From IMG/VR virus record IMGVR_UViG_3300043411_000952, positions 10,194 to 74,193 of that record: 64,000 nucleotides of DNA; one strand, given 5' to 3'. This document shows positions 9,003 to 20,000 of the stretch, in pieces (the stretch's first letter is position 1; each line of letters starts with the position of its first letter). The position numbers and the translations under genes are program-made. Under the pieces are notes generated by a model that ran no database searches, was not told the origin of the DNA, and saw only the letters and a program-made list of their open reading frames with translations. The stretch is from a virus.

Positions 9003-10445
9003 ATGAGTAAAGAAGTTCACCTCATGTGGGATGATTCTGTACTGACTATTGCCCCTTCCAGTCCTGCATTGGAAAAGTTTCTGACTTATAGGGAAAAGAA
9101 GTTGGCTCAGGATCCGAATTGCCCATGGAAAAAAGTTACTAAGGTAACTGTAAATCCTTTATACAAAGTCATAAATCAGCAGAATGGATACAATGTTATC
9201 CAGACGATGCAGGGTATGTGGTTGAAAGTAAAAACATTTTTAGAGGATAAAGGCTACGACGTAAAGTTCTACGACATGCGTTTAGCTTTCCCTAAACCTC
9301 GCTTAGACCTGATGTGCGGATTTAGATTTAAACAAGAAGAACTCCTTACTTCCTTTTTAAGTACAAATTGTAGCGGACTATTAGGTGCGCCCACTCGGTA
9401 TGGGAAGACGGTCCTAATCAAAAATACTATACGTGCGTATCCAAATGTACACACAGTAGTCACTGCTCCCGGTGCAGATTTGGTAAAACAACTGTATGAA
9501 GACATTAAAGAAGCGTTACCTCATAGGGAGGTAAAACTAATAGGCGCAGGTTCTACTAAGAGTCCATGCGATGACATTAATGTCGTAAGCATGGATAGCT
9601 TGCATAAGTGCGATGCCGCCGCTTGTAGATTATTATTAGTTGATGAGCCACATGCGTGTGTCACAGACAGTCGTTTACCTGAGCTAGCCAAATTCGATAA
9701 GGCACGTCGTATTGGGTTCGGTGCTACTCTTAAAGGTAGATTTGATCAGCGCGATATTCTTATTGAAGCGCTGCTTGGTCCGGTTATTGCAGAGCGCACA
9801 TTCCAAGAAGCTGTAGCTGAAGGTGCTGTGTGCCCTCTTATTGTGTACATGGTCGTGATGCCTTTAGCAGGTAATTCGGATGACCGTGATCGCGCATACA
9901 AGACGCATCTATTTAAAGGTGAGCGCGTAGCTAAGGCTGTGCGCTGGATTTGTCATGAGCTTCTCCCTCAAGACTGGCAGACCTTGCTCTTTATTAAAAA
10001 TGAAGACCAGGCTGAATACTTTCTAGATTGGGTTGGGCAGGACGGTACTATCGCCATGGCCAAACGCATGACCAAGAAGGAGCGAGAGGAGTTAATGGAA
10101 AGAATGCGTGGCGCTGAAATCAAACGCTGCCTGGCTAGTGAAATATATGCACAGGGTGTGACCTTCAACCATGTGCGCGCTCTTATTAATTTAAGTGGCG
10201 GAGGCGCTAACACATCCACAATTCAAAAACCTGGCAGGCTTGCGGAAGTACGGCCAGATAAGAAGTGTGGTGTTGTGTTTGATTTCTTCTTCACTCCGGG
10301 AACAGGTAGGGGGAACGGGATTCAAGCTTTATATCGCGAGTCCCTGGCTCGAGTTAAAGCATACACAGAAAAAGGTTACGAAATTATTTTCGTAGACGGG
10401 TATAATGAACTCGAGTCCTCGTTTAAATCCAAAGCCATATCTTGA
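9003..10445 (+). CDS. Superfamily 2 helicase (UvsW/Rad25-like)
   Basis: APTRYGKT, VDEPH, GAT, QGV and QKPGRL motifs. Confidence 0.88.
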   Translation: MSKEVHLMWDDSVLTIAPSSPALEKFLTYREKKLAQDPNCPWKKVTKVTVNPLYKVINQQNGYNVIQTMQGMWLKVKTFLEDKGYDVKFYDMRLAFPKPRLDLMCGFRFKQEELLTSFLSTNCSGLLGAPTRYGKTVLIKNTIRAYPNVHTVVTAPGADLVKQLYEDIKEALPHREVKLIGAGSTKSPCDDINVVSMDSLHKCDAAACRLLLVDEPHACVTDSRLPELAKFDKARRIGFGATLKGRFDQRDILIEALLGPVIAERTFQEAVAEGAVCPLIVYMVVMPLAGNSDDRDRAYKTHLFKGERVAKAVRWICHELLPQDWQTLLFIKNEDQAEYFLDWVGQDGTIAMAKRMTKKEREELMERMRGAEIKRCLASEIYAQGVTFNHVRALINLSGGGANTSTIQKPGRLAEVRPDKKCGVVFDFFFTPGTGRGNGIQALYRESLARVKAYTEKGYEIIFVDGYNELESSFKSKAIS

Positions 10446-10502
10446 CTAAAGCCTTACTACGTGGAAAATAAGTGTTTCACTACAAACTGAGGAAATATTT
10501 AA

Positions 10503-10739
10503 ATGGGACGTAACTCTAAAAAATTACTGGAAGAAAAACCTAGATGGTTAATGACCACCGAGGAACTGGATCATGCGGATGGTTGGTTCATTTATCGCAG
10601 GTTTAGAACAAAGATGGATATGGCTGTCTTCGTAAATGATCCTGGTAATATTGTAGAGTTGGATATGCGCTACCCCATAACCGATTATAGACGCAAGTTA
10701 GATATAGATAATAAATATATTGCTATGTTGAGACGCTAA
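10503..10739 (+). CDS. Hypothetical protein
   Basis: 78 aa ORF, stop overlaps next start. Confidence 0.6.
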   Translation: MGRNSKKLLEEKPRWLMTTEELDHADGWFIYRRFRTKMDMAVFVNDPGNIVELDMRYPITDYRRKLDIDNKYIAMLRR

Positions 10740-11377
10740 TGAATGACGATCGCCTAGACGCTGTAGCTAGAGAAATTCGCAATCATTACATAGAGAGAAA
10801 ACGCCCACTATACAATAATACCTATAAACTTGGTGCTGTTGATTTTACTCATTGGCAAAAAGCGGCTAGATTATGTGAGGAGCTGAACGCTTCTCCGGAG
10901 GTATTTGTAGATGCTGCTTTCTCGCAGTGTAAGAGTTCGCTTGGTCCGTTCCCGAACGCCATGTATGGGCCTGCTTGCCGTAACTGGTACAGAGCATACA
11001 CAGACACACGGACGGCTTATAGGCAAGCTAAAGACGCAGCAGAATTAGCAGGAAGAGACCCTATGTTTGATGCTGAATCCGATAGTAATGTTGTTGATTT
11101 AAAATATGAGATTGATTTTGTTGAAAGATCCTTACTCCGGTTAACCGGTACTAAAAAGATTAATGCTGTTACAATTGAATATGTGAACAGTTTAACCACC
11201 AGCTACCCGGCACATGTGCGTGTCTTATTGGGTTACGGTAATGATAAGGTGAAGCTATTCTTCGGTGAGGCCGCCTTAGAGATATACAACACACGTCCGC
11301 AAATGTATCGCGCGGCTCAAACCCTTGGTTACCCAATCAAAGAAATTTTGCTATGGCTAAATGCCCGAAACAATTAG
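10739..11377 (+). CDS. Hypothetical protein (replication cluster)
   Basis: 212 aa ORF overlapping the helicase start. Confidence 0.7.
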   Translation: MNDDRLDAVAREIRNHYIERKRPLYNNTYKLGAVDFTHWQKAARLCEELNASPEVFVDAAFSQCKSSLGPFPNAMYGPACRNWYRAYTDTRTAYRQAKDAAELAGRDPMFDAESDSNVVDLKYEIDFVERSLLRLTGTKKINAVTIEYVNSLTTSYPAHVRVLLGYGNDKVKLFFGEAALEIYNTRPQMYRAAQTLGYPIKEILLWLNARNN

Positions 11378-12867
11378 AAATTTACATAGACAAAAATTAC
11401 AAATGGTTTGAACAAGCCATTGTAGCTGTGTGCAGGTCTGATCTTAACAGTTTCAAAAAGTTTAGCCCTGTGCTTTGCCTGAAGTCTGGGTCAAAAGATA
11501 AACACTCAGACGACTTTGAGGAGCATAACAATAATATACTGTATGACGCTATACGCGGTTATAACAGTTTATTCGAGGGAGCCAGCGAAAGAATATTTAG
11601 ACCTATAGGTACTACGCAATTACTGTCGATGCTTAATGAGCGCGCTGGTAAGGGTGAAATGGTGAGCTTCTCTGAAATTCCTGAAATCGTTAAATACTTT
11701 GAGGAGGTGATTTTACCTTTCACCGTCGGTGAAGACACCGAGTATTTAGTTAACACAGGTATACCTTATTATCTTAAAAGTATACGCGCTAAGAAGATCA
11801 TCAACAGTGCTTCTTTACTCGGTATAAATCTAGATGACCTAGCGTTAATATGCGAGACGGATGTAGAGTTAATTAATAAGCTAGACGACGGAGGCAAGCT
11901 CCTGCAGAATGTCCCGGATAGAATCGAGCTATCAGATATAGATGAGTTCGATGATCCTAATAAAGTTCTAGTTGAAACCCTAGACTGCGATATTCCTAAA
12001 CTGAATGAAACTATTTCCTCTTTCAGAAAAGGACATGCCTATTTATTCATAGGCGGTACTGGCTCAGGTAAGACAATCGTAGCGTGCCAACTGGCCTGCG
12101 CGTTCTCTTACATCAATGGTGCGTCCGGGCTGTATATTTCTACGGAGCAGAAGCACGATGAACTATATCGTCGTATTATTTCTAATAAGTGTAGTATCCC
12201 GCATAGAACGATTAACCAAGGGATATTTAAGGACAAACTTACTCCGAATGAACGACAACGTTATTTGGAATTTAGAAACAAAGCATTTAGTTTAAATTCT
12301 GGAGATGCGCAGTTTATTAACTGGGGCAACTTTCAAAAACAGAATGATATAAATATAATTAAGAAAATCGAGGATGAGATCGATACATACGAGAAGGAGA
12401 GCGGCAAGAAAATCGATTATGTCATCCTGGACTGGATTGGTGGTGCGTTAGGATCAATGGCGGAAGCTGGGGATAAGACGCGGCACATTTACCAGGCAGC
12501 GGCAGATGCACTAGAAGAGCTTTGTCGTAAAAGAAACTTCGTGGCTATAGCTTTTGCCCAGGCCGTACCCGCTGCTGTGAATAAAGTTAAAATAGACTCT
12601 CAAGATCTTTCTGAGTGTAAAACCATGGGCAGAAACTATTCTGCCATTATCGGTATATCTAGCTTGTACTCAGAAGAGTATGCTAAGCAGGTAGATCAGG
12701 AAAAGAATAAGAAACGCAAAGACTATAGAATAGGTTCAGAATTGGATGAGGCCGCTACGTACTCTATCAAGCAATTCTTTTTTATTTCAAAGTCTAGGTT
12801 TGGTGATCCAAAAGCGGTACCGTTTAAAAGAGAATACGAATATCAGCGTGTTGCTCCTTGGGTGTGA
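11353..12867 (+). CDS. dnaB: DnaB-like replicative helicase
   Basis: GGTGSGKT, YISTEQ, VILDW, AFAQ, and KSRFG arginine finger. Confidence 0.85.
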   Translation: MAKCPKQLEIYIDKNYKWFEQAIVAVCRSDLNSFKKFSPVLCLKSGSKDKHSDDFEEHNNNILYDAIRGYNSLFEGASERIFRPIGTTQLLSMLNERAGKGEMVSFSEIPEIVKYFEEVILPFTVGEDTEYLVNTGIPYYLKSIRAKKIINSASLLGINLDDLALICETDVELINKLDDGGKLLQNVPDRIELSDIDEFDDPNKVLVETLDCDIPKLNETISSFRKGHAYLFIGGTGSGKTIVACQLACAFSYINGASGLYISTEQKHDELYRRIISNKCSIPHRTINQGIFKDKLTPNERQRYLEFRNKAFSLNSGDAQFINWGNFQKQNDINIIKKIEDEIDTYEKESGKKIDYVILDWIGGALGSMAEAGDKTRHIYQAAADALEELCRKRNFVAIAFAQAVPAAVNKVKIDSQDLSECKTMGRNYSAIIGISSLYSEEYAKQVDQEKNKKRKDYRIGSELDEAATYSIKQFFFISKSRFGDPKAVPFKREYEYQRVAPWV

Positions 12868-12923
12868 AAAAAACTCACATTTGTGTTGCGCGTGCCTTGC
12901 GCCTTGCTAGCATCGCGACTCTT

Positions 12924-14393
12924 ATGCTTTGGAAACCTTGCGCCTTCGTTAAAACGGAAGAAAGACCTCGCCGTCCTATTGCTCACAACACGTTGAGTAT
13001 ACCTGAACATATGGTGATAGCTGGCGAGAGCGACATCCCTGTTTTGGCTGTCAAACTTAACTTCAAGTCTATTGAGGATAAAACTAAAGGCGAGGTGTTA
13101 GCCTTGATCGAGCATATGAATAAGCTCGGTAAGTTTGTTTCTAAAGAGTGGGTATTTACGCGTCTTAATTTTAAAGCACGTAAAGCCGACGACATCTTCA
13201 CCGAGCTCAAGAGGGAAGGTAAAATTGAAGATTTCTTAGCCGTGCGCGGTATACGCCAGCACGGAACGTATTGGCGTATTGCCGGTAAGAAGGCTCAAAG
13301 AGAGATGCAGTTAGCGCATGCTTCGATGCGTCGCGCGCTCCGCGCTTCTTTTTTGGAGAGTATTAACTCTCCTGAAGGTTCTCTGAAAACCAGAGAGGAA
13401 GACCAAACAATTTCTGCTTCCGGGAATGATGCAGAAAAAGAATTTGAACCTGTAGAAAAAATATCATTGCGTCATCAAGCTGTTTCCCGGAACCATGAAG
13501 ATGGTAGTCCGGGAAATGGCTTGGAAGGTACGCATTACACGGAGGCAGGATGTTTTGACCGTCTGTCAAACCCGGAAAATAACCCGGTTGAGTATGCGCT
13601 CATGGAGCGTCTAGCGGAGGTATCTGATGACAAAATGCTTACCCCGGCAGCAGCTAGAAGCGCAGCTAGAAGGCTGGATTCCGGTGTCATAAATAAAATT
13701 ACAGTAGCTAAGATTTGTAAGATTATTGAATCTAAACAGTTGGCTTTCAGCTTGTTAGATCTTATTCGTAATTTTGATGAGATTCTCAAAGAGCATTGCG
13801 AAACCATCAGACCCGGCGAGATTGATTACATAAAGGACCAGATTGAAGAGATGTCTTCAGGAACCTCGGAGAGTTATGTTTTCAAGGAAATCTCGCTAGC
13901 TTCCAAGACGCTTAGAGAACTTGATTCTAATGTTGAAAAACTAACTTACACTGATTACTATAATTTTGTTAAATCTAATGCAATTCCTGTTTATGCTAAA
14001 CTTGTAGTCCTTAGTATGTCTAAATATTATAAACCAAGTATACTTAAGTTGTTAGCTGTTGAGTTTGAACAAACTTTATTTGCGGAAATTACTGCTAACT
14101 TGGCTGTACATGATTTTTTACTTAACTTTAAAAAGTTTAACTTTATTAACTGGGCAGCATTTGCCGCCCATCGTCGCGATGCTGTAGATAACTTGAGATG
14201 TACATTGTTCATAAATAAAATACGTAACAGGAAGCTGGATATGTTCGCGCATCAATTGCATTTCTTTGACCACCTTTATGACGCACACGGAAGTGAATAC
14301 AACGCAGGGGTTACCAACGAGTACTATTCCGAGAGAAGTCCTGCTACTTGCGGAAGCGCTGAGTCGCCTTCACGGGCCTGCGTTAATTCGTAA
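12924..14393 (+). CDS. Hypothetical protein between helicase and primase
   Basis: Long ORF; ATG 12924 follows a TTGCGC-N16-TAGCAT promoter-like element; alternative start 12858. Confidence 0.65.
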   Translation: MLWKPCAFVKTEERPRRPIAHNTLSIPEHMVIAGESDIPVLAVKLNFKSIEDKTKGEVLALIEHMNKLGKFVSKEWVFTRLNFKARKADDIFTELKREGKIEDFLAVRGIRQHGTYWRIAGKKAQREMQLAHASMRRALRASFLESINSPEGSLKTREEDQTISASGNDAEKEFEPVEKISLRHQAVSRNHEDGSPGNGLEGTHYTEAGCFDRLSNPENNPVEYALMERLAEVSDDKMLTPAAARSAARRLDSGVINKITVAKICKIIESKQLAFSLLDLIRNFDEILKEHCETIRPGEIDYIKDQIEEMSSGTSESYVFKEISLASKTLRELDSNVEKLTYTDYYNFVKSNAIPVYAKLVVLSMSKYYKPSILKLLAVEFEQTLFAEITANLAVHDFLLNFKKFNFINWAAFAAHRRDAVDNLRCTLFINKIRNRKLDMFAHQLHFFDHLYDAHGSEYNAGVTNEYYSERSPATCGSAESPSRACVNS

Positions 14394-15546
14394 TGAATCT
14401 AACGGCTTCCATATTTATTTACCTTCTCCTGAATGTTTAAAAACAGATGGACGCAAGGAAATACAAAGTAAGCATTTAACTGTAAATGCTTCTAGATATA
14501 AGCAGACAGATGACTGGGTTAGCCATCGCGGACATATAGTAGATGAACTAGTTAGAGACTACAGTGCTGTATGTCACAAAACTAATACCAAGTATAAGGT
14601 ATCTGATTTACTAAACGAGAGAAAGTACCCCACGCTGGAAAAGAGGGGTTTACAGAATATTTCATCTAAAATCATTCAGGCGGCGACGCTGAAATCTGCG
14701 AGTTTAGTTGATGACGGTAAAGGAAACCTAGTTCCCATGGACCCGGGAGTAGTCACTCCAATTACTGGTCTACCTCCATTTCATCCTGCTGTAGAATATT
14801 TAAAAAACAGAGGTTATGATTTGGATCTTCTGTATAAACAATTCAAGTGCTCGTATTGTCTTCAAGAAAATCCCGAGAATGCAGAAAAGGGTATTTTCTA
14901 TAAAAGACTGCCGCTTGATTTCAAAGATACTCCACAAGGGAGAATAGTATTCTATTCTTTTATTAATGGGGTTCAAGTAGGCTGGCAGGCGCGTATTATT
15001 GAAAAGGTTGAGAACGGTTTGAAATACTATTTTCACCCTTACAAAAATAACTGGGTAGCTGCTGAGCAGAAGAATACTACAACAGGTAAATGGGAACCTC
15101 TACCTGGGATAGAGATTAAATTAGAGGGTTACGCTATTGAGTGGAAGCCTTCAAAATATAAGACTGCATTTGGTATGGCGCGTAATGATACCCTTATGGG
15201 TATAGACGCTGCGGTTGAGTTTAATCAAAAACTTAATTTACGTAAACCTACCGTATGTGTTGTAGAAGGTCCTTTAGACGCCGCGCGTATAGGTCCTGGA
15301 GCCGTAGCGCTTCTTGGTAAATATATGAGCGAGCGTCATGCGGACTTACTAGTTAGAAAATTTAAAAAGATAATAGTCGTTGCCGATAATGACAAGGCAG
15401 GACAAGAAATGGCTAAAAGAATTAAAGAGTTAATGAGTGAGAGAGGTATGGAAGTAGTTTTCATTGATATACCTGAACAATACAAGGATGTCGGTGATAT
15501 GCCTTACGAGGCAGCGATAGAATTAATATTTAAACACCTACACTAA
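14278..15546 (+). CDS. DNA primase (Toprim)
   Basis: YLKNRG, GWQAR, SKY, VVEGPLDA, ADNDKAG and KDVGD motifs. Confidence 0.85.
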   Translation: MTHTEVNTTQGLPTSTIPREVLLLAEALSRLHGPALIRNESNGFHIYLPSPECLKTDGRKEIQSKHLTVNASRYKQTDDWVSHRGHIVDELVRDYSAVCHKTNTKYKVSDLLNERKYPTLEKRGLQNISSKIIQAATLKSASLVDDGKGNLVPMDPGVVTPITGLPPFHPAVEYLKNRGYDLDLLYKQFKCSYCLQENPENAEKGIFYKRLPLDFKDTPQGRIVFYSFINGVQVGWQARIIEKVENGLKYYFHPYKNNWVAAEQKNTTTGKWEPLPGIEIKLEGYAIEWKPSKYKTAFGMARNDTLMGIDAAVEFNQKLNLRKPTVCVVEGPLDAARIGPGAVALLGKYMSERHADLLVRKFKKIIVVADNDKAGQEMAKRIKELMSERGMEVVFIDIPEQYKDVGDMPYEAAIELIFKHLH

Positions 15547-15552
15547 ACTGGA

Positions 15553-16818
15553 ATGAGCACACAAAACACACACACCACATATACTATTGGACAAATTAAT
15601 CACCGCGTTCGCAGCGGCGGCATTTATTGGAAACAGTGCCTGATCGTAGCAGACAGTGCGTGGTATTTAGTATCCGAGGCTAAACTAGGCGACGCCCTAC
15701 ATCCTAAGTGGTTAATTTCTAATACTAATTTAGCTAAGCTTCTTCGCGTTAGCGCAAATAATTTGGCTAGTTACTATCAAGCTGTGATGTCTGTACCGTC
15801 GCATGCTATTTATCATGATGACGCTCCTGTGCATTTCGTTCTTGATGACGGCAAACCTATTAGACGCACGCGTCAGTTGATGTGGACTCTATCGGGTGTG
15901 AAGTTTATTATCAACTTATCCGGTATACGCATCGATGCTGCAATTAAATCTAGTATTCGCGCCTGGATTTTGGCGCAATCTTCTGTTTACGGTGTTGAGT
16001 TGTCGCCTTCCTTCGCGACGCGCGCAGACCCCGTTACTGTTACTAAAGTTAAAGATTTAAGTATTACATGTGTAGCGGATGCGGTGCAAAATATCACAGC
16101 GTCTGTCCGTTACGTCGCGGGTATTGTAGACCAGCTTTGTCTGGAGGTTAATAGACGCAAAGAACTGGAGGAGGAGATGGCGACTCTACGTAAACAGGTT
16201 ATGGCGTTAACCGGTAATTTACCTGGGCTACCAAGCAAGTTACCAAATAAAATTGATGCCGCACGAAAAGCGGACAAACCTGCTGTGCAGTTCACACAAG
16301 CCCCCAAGGCTGATAGAGGTAAGGCTATGGTATTCGCTATTGGTAACAATGGAAGTGAAAATGAAAGCCTGCACCAGTATATTGCTAGAAGAGGAAATAA
16401 GCATCATAGAGCAGAAAATCTTACTCGTATAGGTTTGCTGAACAGTGATCAACTGTATTCTCTGTTTGCGGACTCATGGATTGACCCTGCTACTAATAAA
16501 CTTATCAAAAAAGATAAGTTCCAGGAGCTGCTTCGTCGTACGTTCCATGTGGCGCATTCCAGCCACCGTACACCAATACTCAAGTCTGAAATGATTAGAG
16601 CTAATATGGCTGTTGTGTGTCAGGTGCTTTGCAAGAAGAAGCCTAATCCTACAGACGATAATGGAAACCAACTTGAGCTCGATAATCCGGCTTATGTTTC
16701 CAGCGCAGAGCCTTGTGTTCGATTCCAGACGCGTTATACAGCGAAAGCTATTGACTACTTGAAGGACAAATGGCATATGATCCTGGGACAATCCAGTGGA
16801 CAAAAAATTAAATCTTAA
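15553..16818 (+). CDS. Antirepressor-like DNA-binding protein
   Basis: N-terminal domain, coiled coil, C-terminal QTRYTAKAIDYL resembling KilA-C/ANT. Confidence 0.45.
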   Translation: MSTQNTHTTYTIGQINHRVRSGGIYWKQCLIVADSAWYLVSEAKLGDALHPKWLISNTNLAKLLRVSANNLASYYQAVMSVPSHAIYHDDAPVHFVLDDGKPIRRTRQLMWTLSGVKFIINLSGIRIDAAIKSSIRAWILAQSSVYGVELSPSFATRADPVTVTKVKDLSITCVADAVQNITASVRYVAGIVDQLCLEVNRRKELEEEMATLRKQVMALTGNLPGLPSKLPNKIDAARKADKPAVQFTQAPKADRGKAMVFAIGNNGSENESLHQYIARRGNKHHRAENLTRIGLLNSDQLYSLFADSWIDPATNKLIKKDKFQELLRRTFHVAHSSHRTPILKSEMIRANMAVVCQVLCKKKPNPTDDNGNQLELDNPAYVSSAEPCVRFQTRYTAKAIDYLKDKWHMILGQSSGQKIKS

Positions 16819-17017
16819 GCTTACAACCAGGCTGGCTCATCTTGAGAAATTAAAAGATGAGCCAGTCATGGAAGATTTTGATGCTGGGCTTCGCGCCGCG
16901 CGTTACGACGAGTATGTATTTATAAAAGAGGTATTGAAAGTATATGGAGAATCAAACGAAGGACAAGGTAGTACCTGTTCCAGACTACACTCTCCCGCCG
17001 TTACAGTATCTCGATAA
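16796..17017 (+). CDS. Hypothetical protein
   Basis: 73 aa ORF overlapping both neighbours. Confidence 0.45.
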   Translation: MDKKLNLKLTTRLAHLEKLKDEPVMEDFDAGLRAARYDEYVFIKEVLKVYGESNEGQGSTCSRLHSPAVTVSR

Positions 17018-20000
17018 GACAGGGACTGTTCGCGGGCATAATGGTGTTACATTTGTTTCTGGGGAAGGCATAAAGCCAGCCGATATAATGTTTATTACTT
17101 CCTGCGTATCCCCGCAGGAGGCTAGTAAATTTCTTAAAGGCAGAGACGGAGGGCAGGGCGTCCGGGTGCAGCCTCGTTATCTGAGGTCAGACGCCGGTGT
17201 TATGTTCTCTGATATTTTTAATCAGGAGGGTATCGATCTTTATAAGTGCTACTACACAGCGCTGGTCAAATGGTTGCTGCCCAAGAATGAACGCATTAAG
17301 ATACCGAAAGATGTAGTGGCTTGGGCGCTTCCCTCACTAGAAGAAGAGATAGCTCTCGTAAGCCCTAAGATCATTGTATGTATCGGCAAACCTGTCTTTG
17401 ATCTTCTAGCAAATATAAAGCTGTCTTTGAGTGACGCCAAAAGCGGTTGGTTTTATAGCGAGAAGTACAACGCTAAAATATATCTCCTCGATGATACATA
17501 TAAGCTTGTCTCTAACCCGGAGTACATTGGAAAGTTCCAGGTAGAAGCTAGAGAAATTAATAGGATGTATAAGGAGATATGTAATGTATCCACCGGACGC
17601 ATTCCTTTAGAGTATGAGACAATTACTAATTCCTCTGATCTTAAAAGAGTAGTTAGCAATTGGAAACAGAATAATTTTGATGTAATTAGTGTGGACTGTG
17701 AGTGGTCTGGTAACAACCATATAGACGGTAAATTACGCAGCACGCAATTTTGCTGGGCCCCCGGTAAGGCATGTTATGTCCGCTGGATGGATGACAAGGG
17801 TAATTACACCTTTGATATTTCGTATAAAGAAGCAGGCGCTATACTTTCAGAGTGGTTAGATTTAGAAGATGTAAAATACATCGGGCATCACTTTGCTGCT
17901 GACGCCCCATGGTTGCATCATGTACTAGGACTTAATTGGTATGAGAAGTGTATTTTCGATACCGAGTTTGCGCAACAAACTGCTAATGAGGCCGAGGACC
18001 TTTCCTTAGAGCGAATAGCCCTGAAGTACACGGATTTAGGAAGGTATGACCTAGATCTTGTGTTGTGGGTTAAACAGAACAAGGCATTAATGGTGGATGG
18101 TGGCTACGGCGCTATTCCGGATGAGATTCTTATACCTTATGCGTGTTTACGCCAAGAAAGTTTAGTACAGCTAGGCGATGGATCTTGGTGTAAAATTAAA
18201 GATCTAGTTAACAGTAAATATGCAGGAGAAGTTAAGGCTGTATTAAATGGTAAAGTACAGAATTGCAAAGTTACTAACTGGTACAAAGTCAATACCAGAC
18301 AAAAAGTGTGGAAGAGGTTAGTAACTAAATATGCACAGAGAGGAAAGCATGGTTACTTAGGTCCGGTATTAACCCCTGATCATAAGGTAATAACGCAGAG
18401 AGGTAAGGTAGCAGTGCAGGATATTATACCTGGAAAGGATAGTATTTGTACGTCTTACAATACTTTTACGTCTACACAATTATCTGTATTTTTAGGTTGT
18501 CTACTAGGCGATGGCGGCATCGCGAGGAGAAACAAAGCGCACGCTGGTTTAGTTATGAGCCAGTGTGAAAAACGCGCTGATTATTTGAAGTGGAAAGTTA
18601 ATGTACTTTTTGGTGACCCTGAAAATGTAGAATCAAAAGGTTCTTTATGCGCTTATAGATCCAAGTACACTCCATACATTGCCGCGTTATCGGATACATG
18701 GGAGAGAAAAGAGGCCTTGGCGCATAGTAAAAGAAAATTATTAATTACTGAAAATTTACTAGACCATCTTCAAGCGCCGGGAATAGCTGTCTGGTATCAA
18801 GATGATGGTAACCTAACTTGCGGTAACGAGGTACGTATTACTATTTACCATTTACAAGAGCAGGAGCTTGCCGCCTTACGTTCTTGGTTTAGAAGCAATA
18901 TGGGTGTGTATGTTAAATATAGAAAAAATCAGAATCATATATGCTTTTCAGTTAAAGATTCTGTTGTTTTTTTAAATTATATTAAAGATTATATACATAA
19001 TGATTGCGGATATAAAACCAATGTTCCGTATAATTTGAAGGTCAACGCGCATATACCAGGTCCTTTGTACTTTGAACCTATTGTTGGTATTAGTGACGTA
19101 CCGGTCAAACCTTGTAGCGGTGATGGTATTCGTTACTGCTTAGCTGTAGATAAAGCGGAGAACTTCTTAACTAAGTCTGGTTTTGTTTCTAACTGCAAAG
19201 ACGTAGATACTGTCTTTAGAGCATGGCCAATTATTCAGCGGAGTCTGCAGGCTCAAGATCTTCTAGACTATTATAATAATATATTTCATCCGTTTGTTAC
19301 GGATGTATTTGTGAGTTTCGCCTTGGTTGGCCTTCCTATGGATGTAGCCATGATGGACGAGCTTAGAGTTTTATACACGTTTGCTAGAGACAAAATGGAA
19401 GTTATCCTGCGTGAGGAGATTCATGTAGAGGCTAAGAACTTTGTTTTAATGGCATTTGCAACTAGGTTACCTCCTGAGCTTGCTACTGAAAAATATTTAG
19501 AGTTCATTTCTTTAATAGCTAATTCAGAGCATATGGAGGCCTGGGCGGTGCTTAAAGGATCCGCTAAAAAGCCTGATGATGTACCTAAACTTAAACATAT
19601 ATTCGACCACTTTATTGACAGCGCGCATTTCAATATTAGATCTTCAACACAGTTAAAACGCTGGTTATTTAATGTTAAGTGTTACGAGCCTGTAAAGTCG
19701 ACTGGTAATAAGGAGAAAGGGCTACCTGCAACATCATGGGAAAAGATTAAGTCCATGCCGCCAGAGGCCCAGAAGAATTATAATCCTGCTGTTGATAAAC
19801 AAACGCTGCAGATTTTATCTGAACAGAATAATGACGCGCTGCTTCGTAGGTTATTACAATTGAACGCTGTAGGTAATATATGTAAAGCTTTCCTTAAAGA
19901 GGCCGACATAGATGCTGACGGTAACGTTGTAAAAGAGAACGGGCTACATTTTTACCTATGCAGCGATAATCGTGTGCATGGGCAAATGAGTACCACAGAA

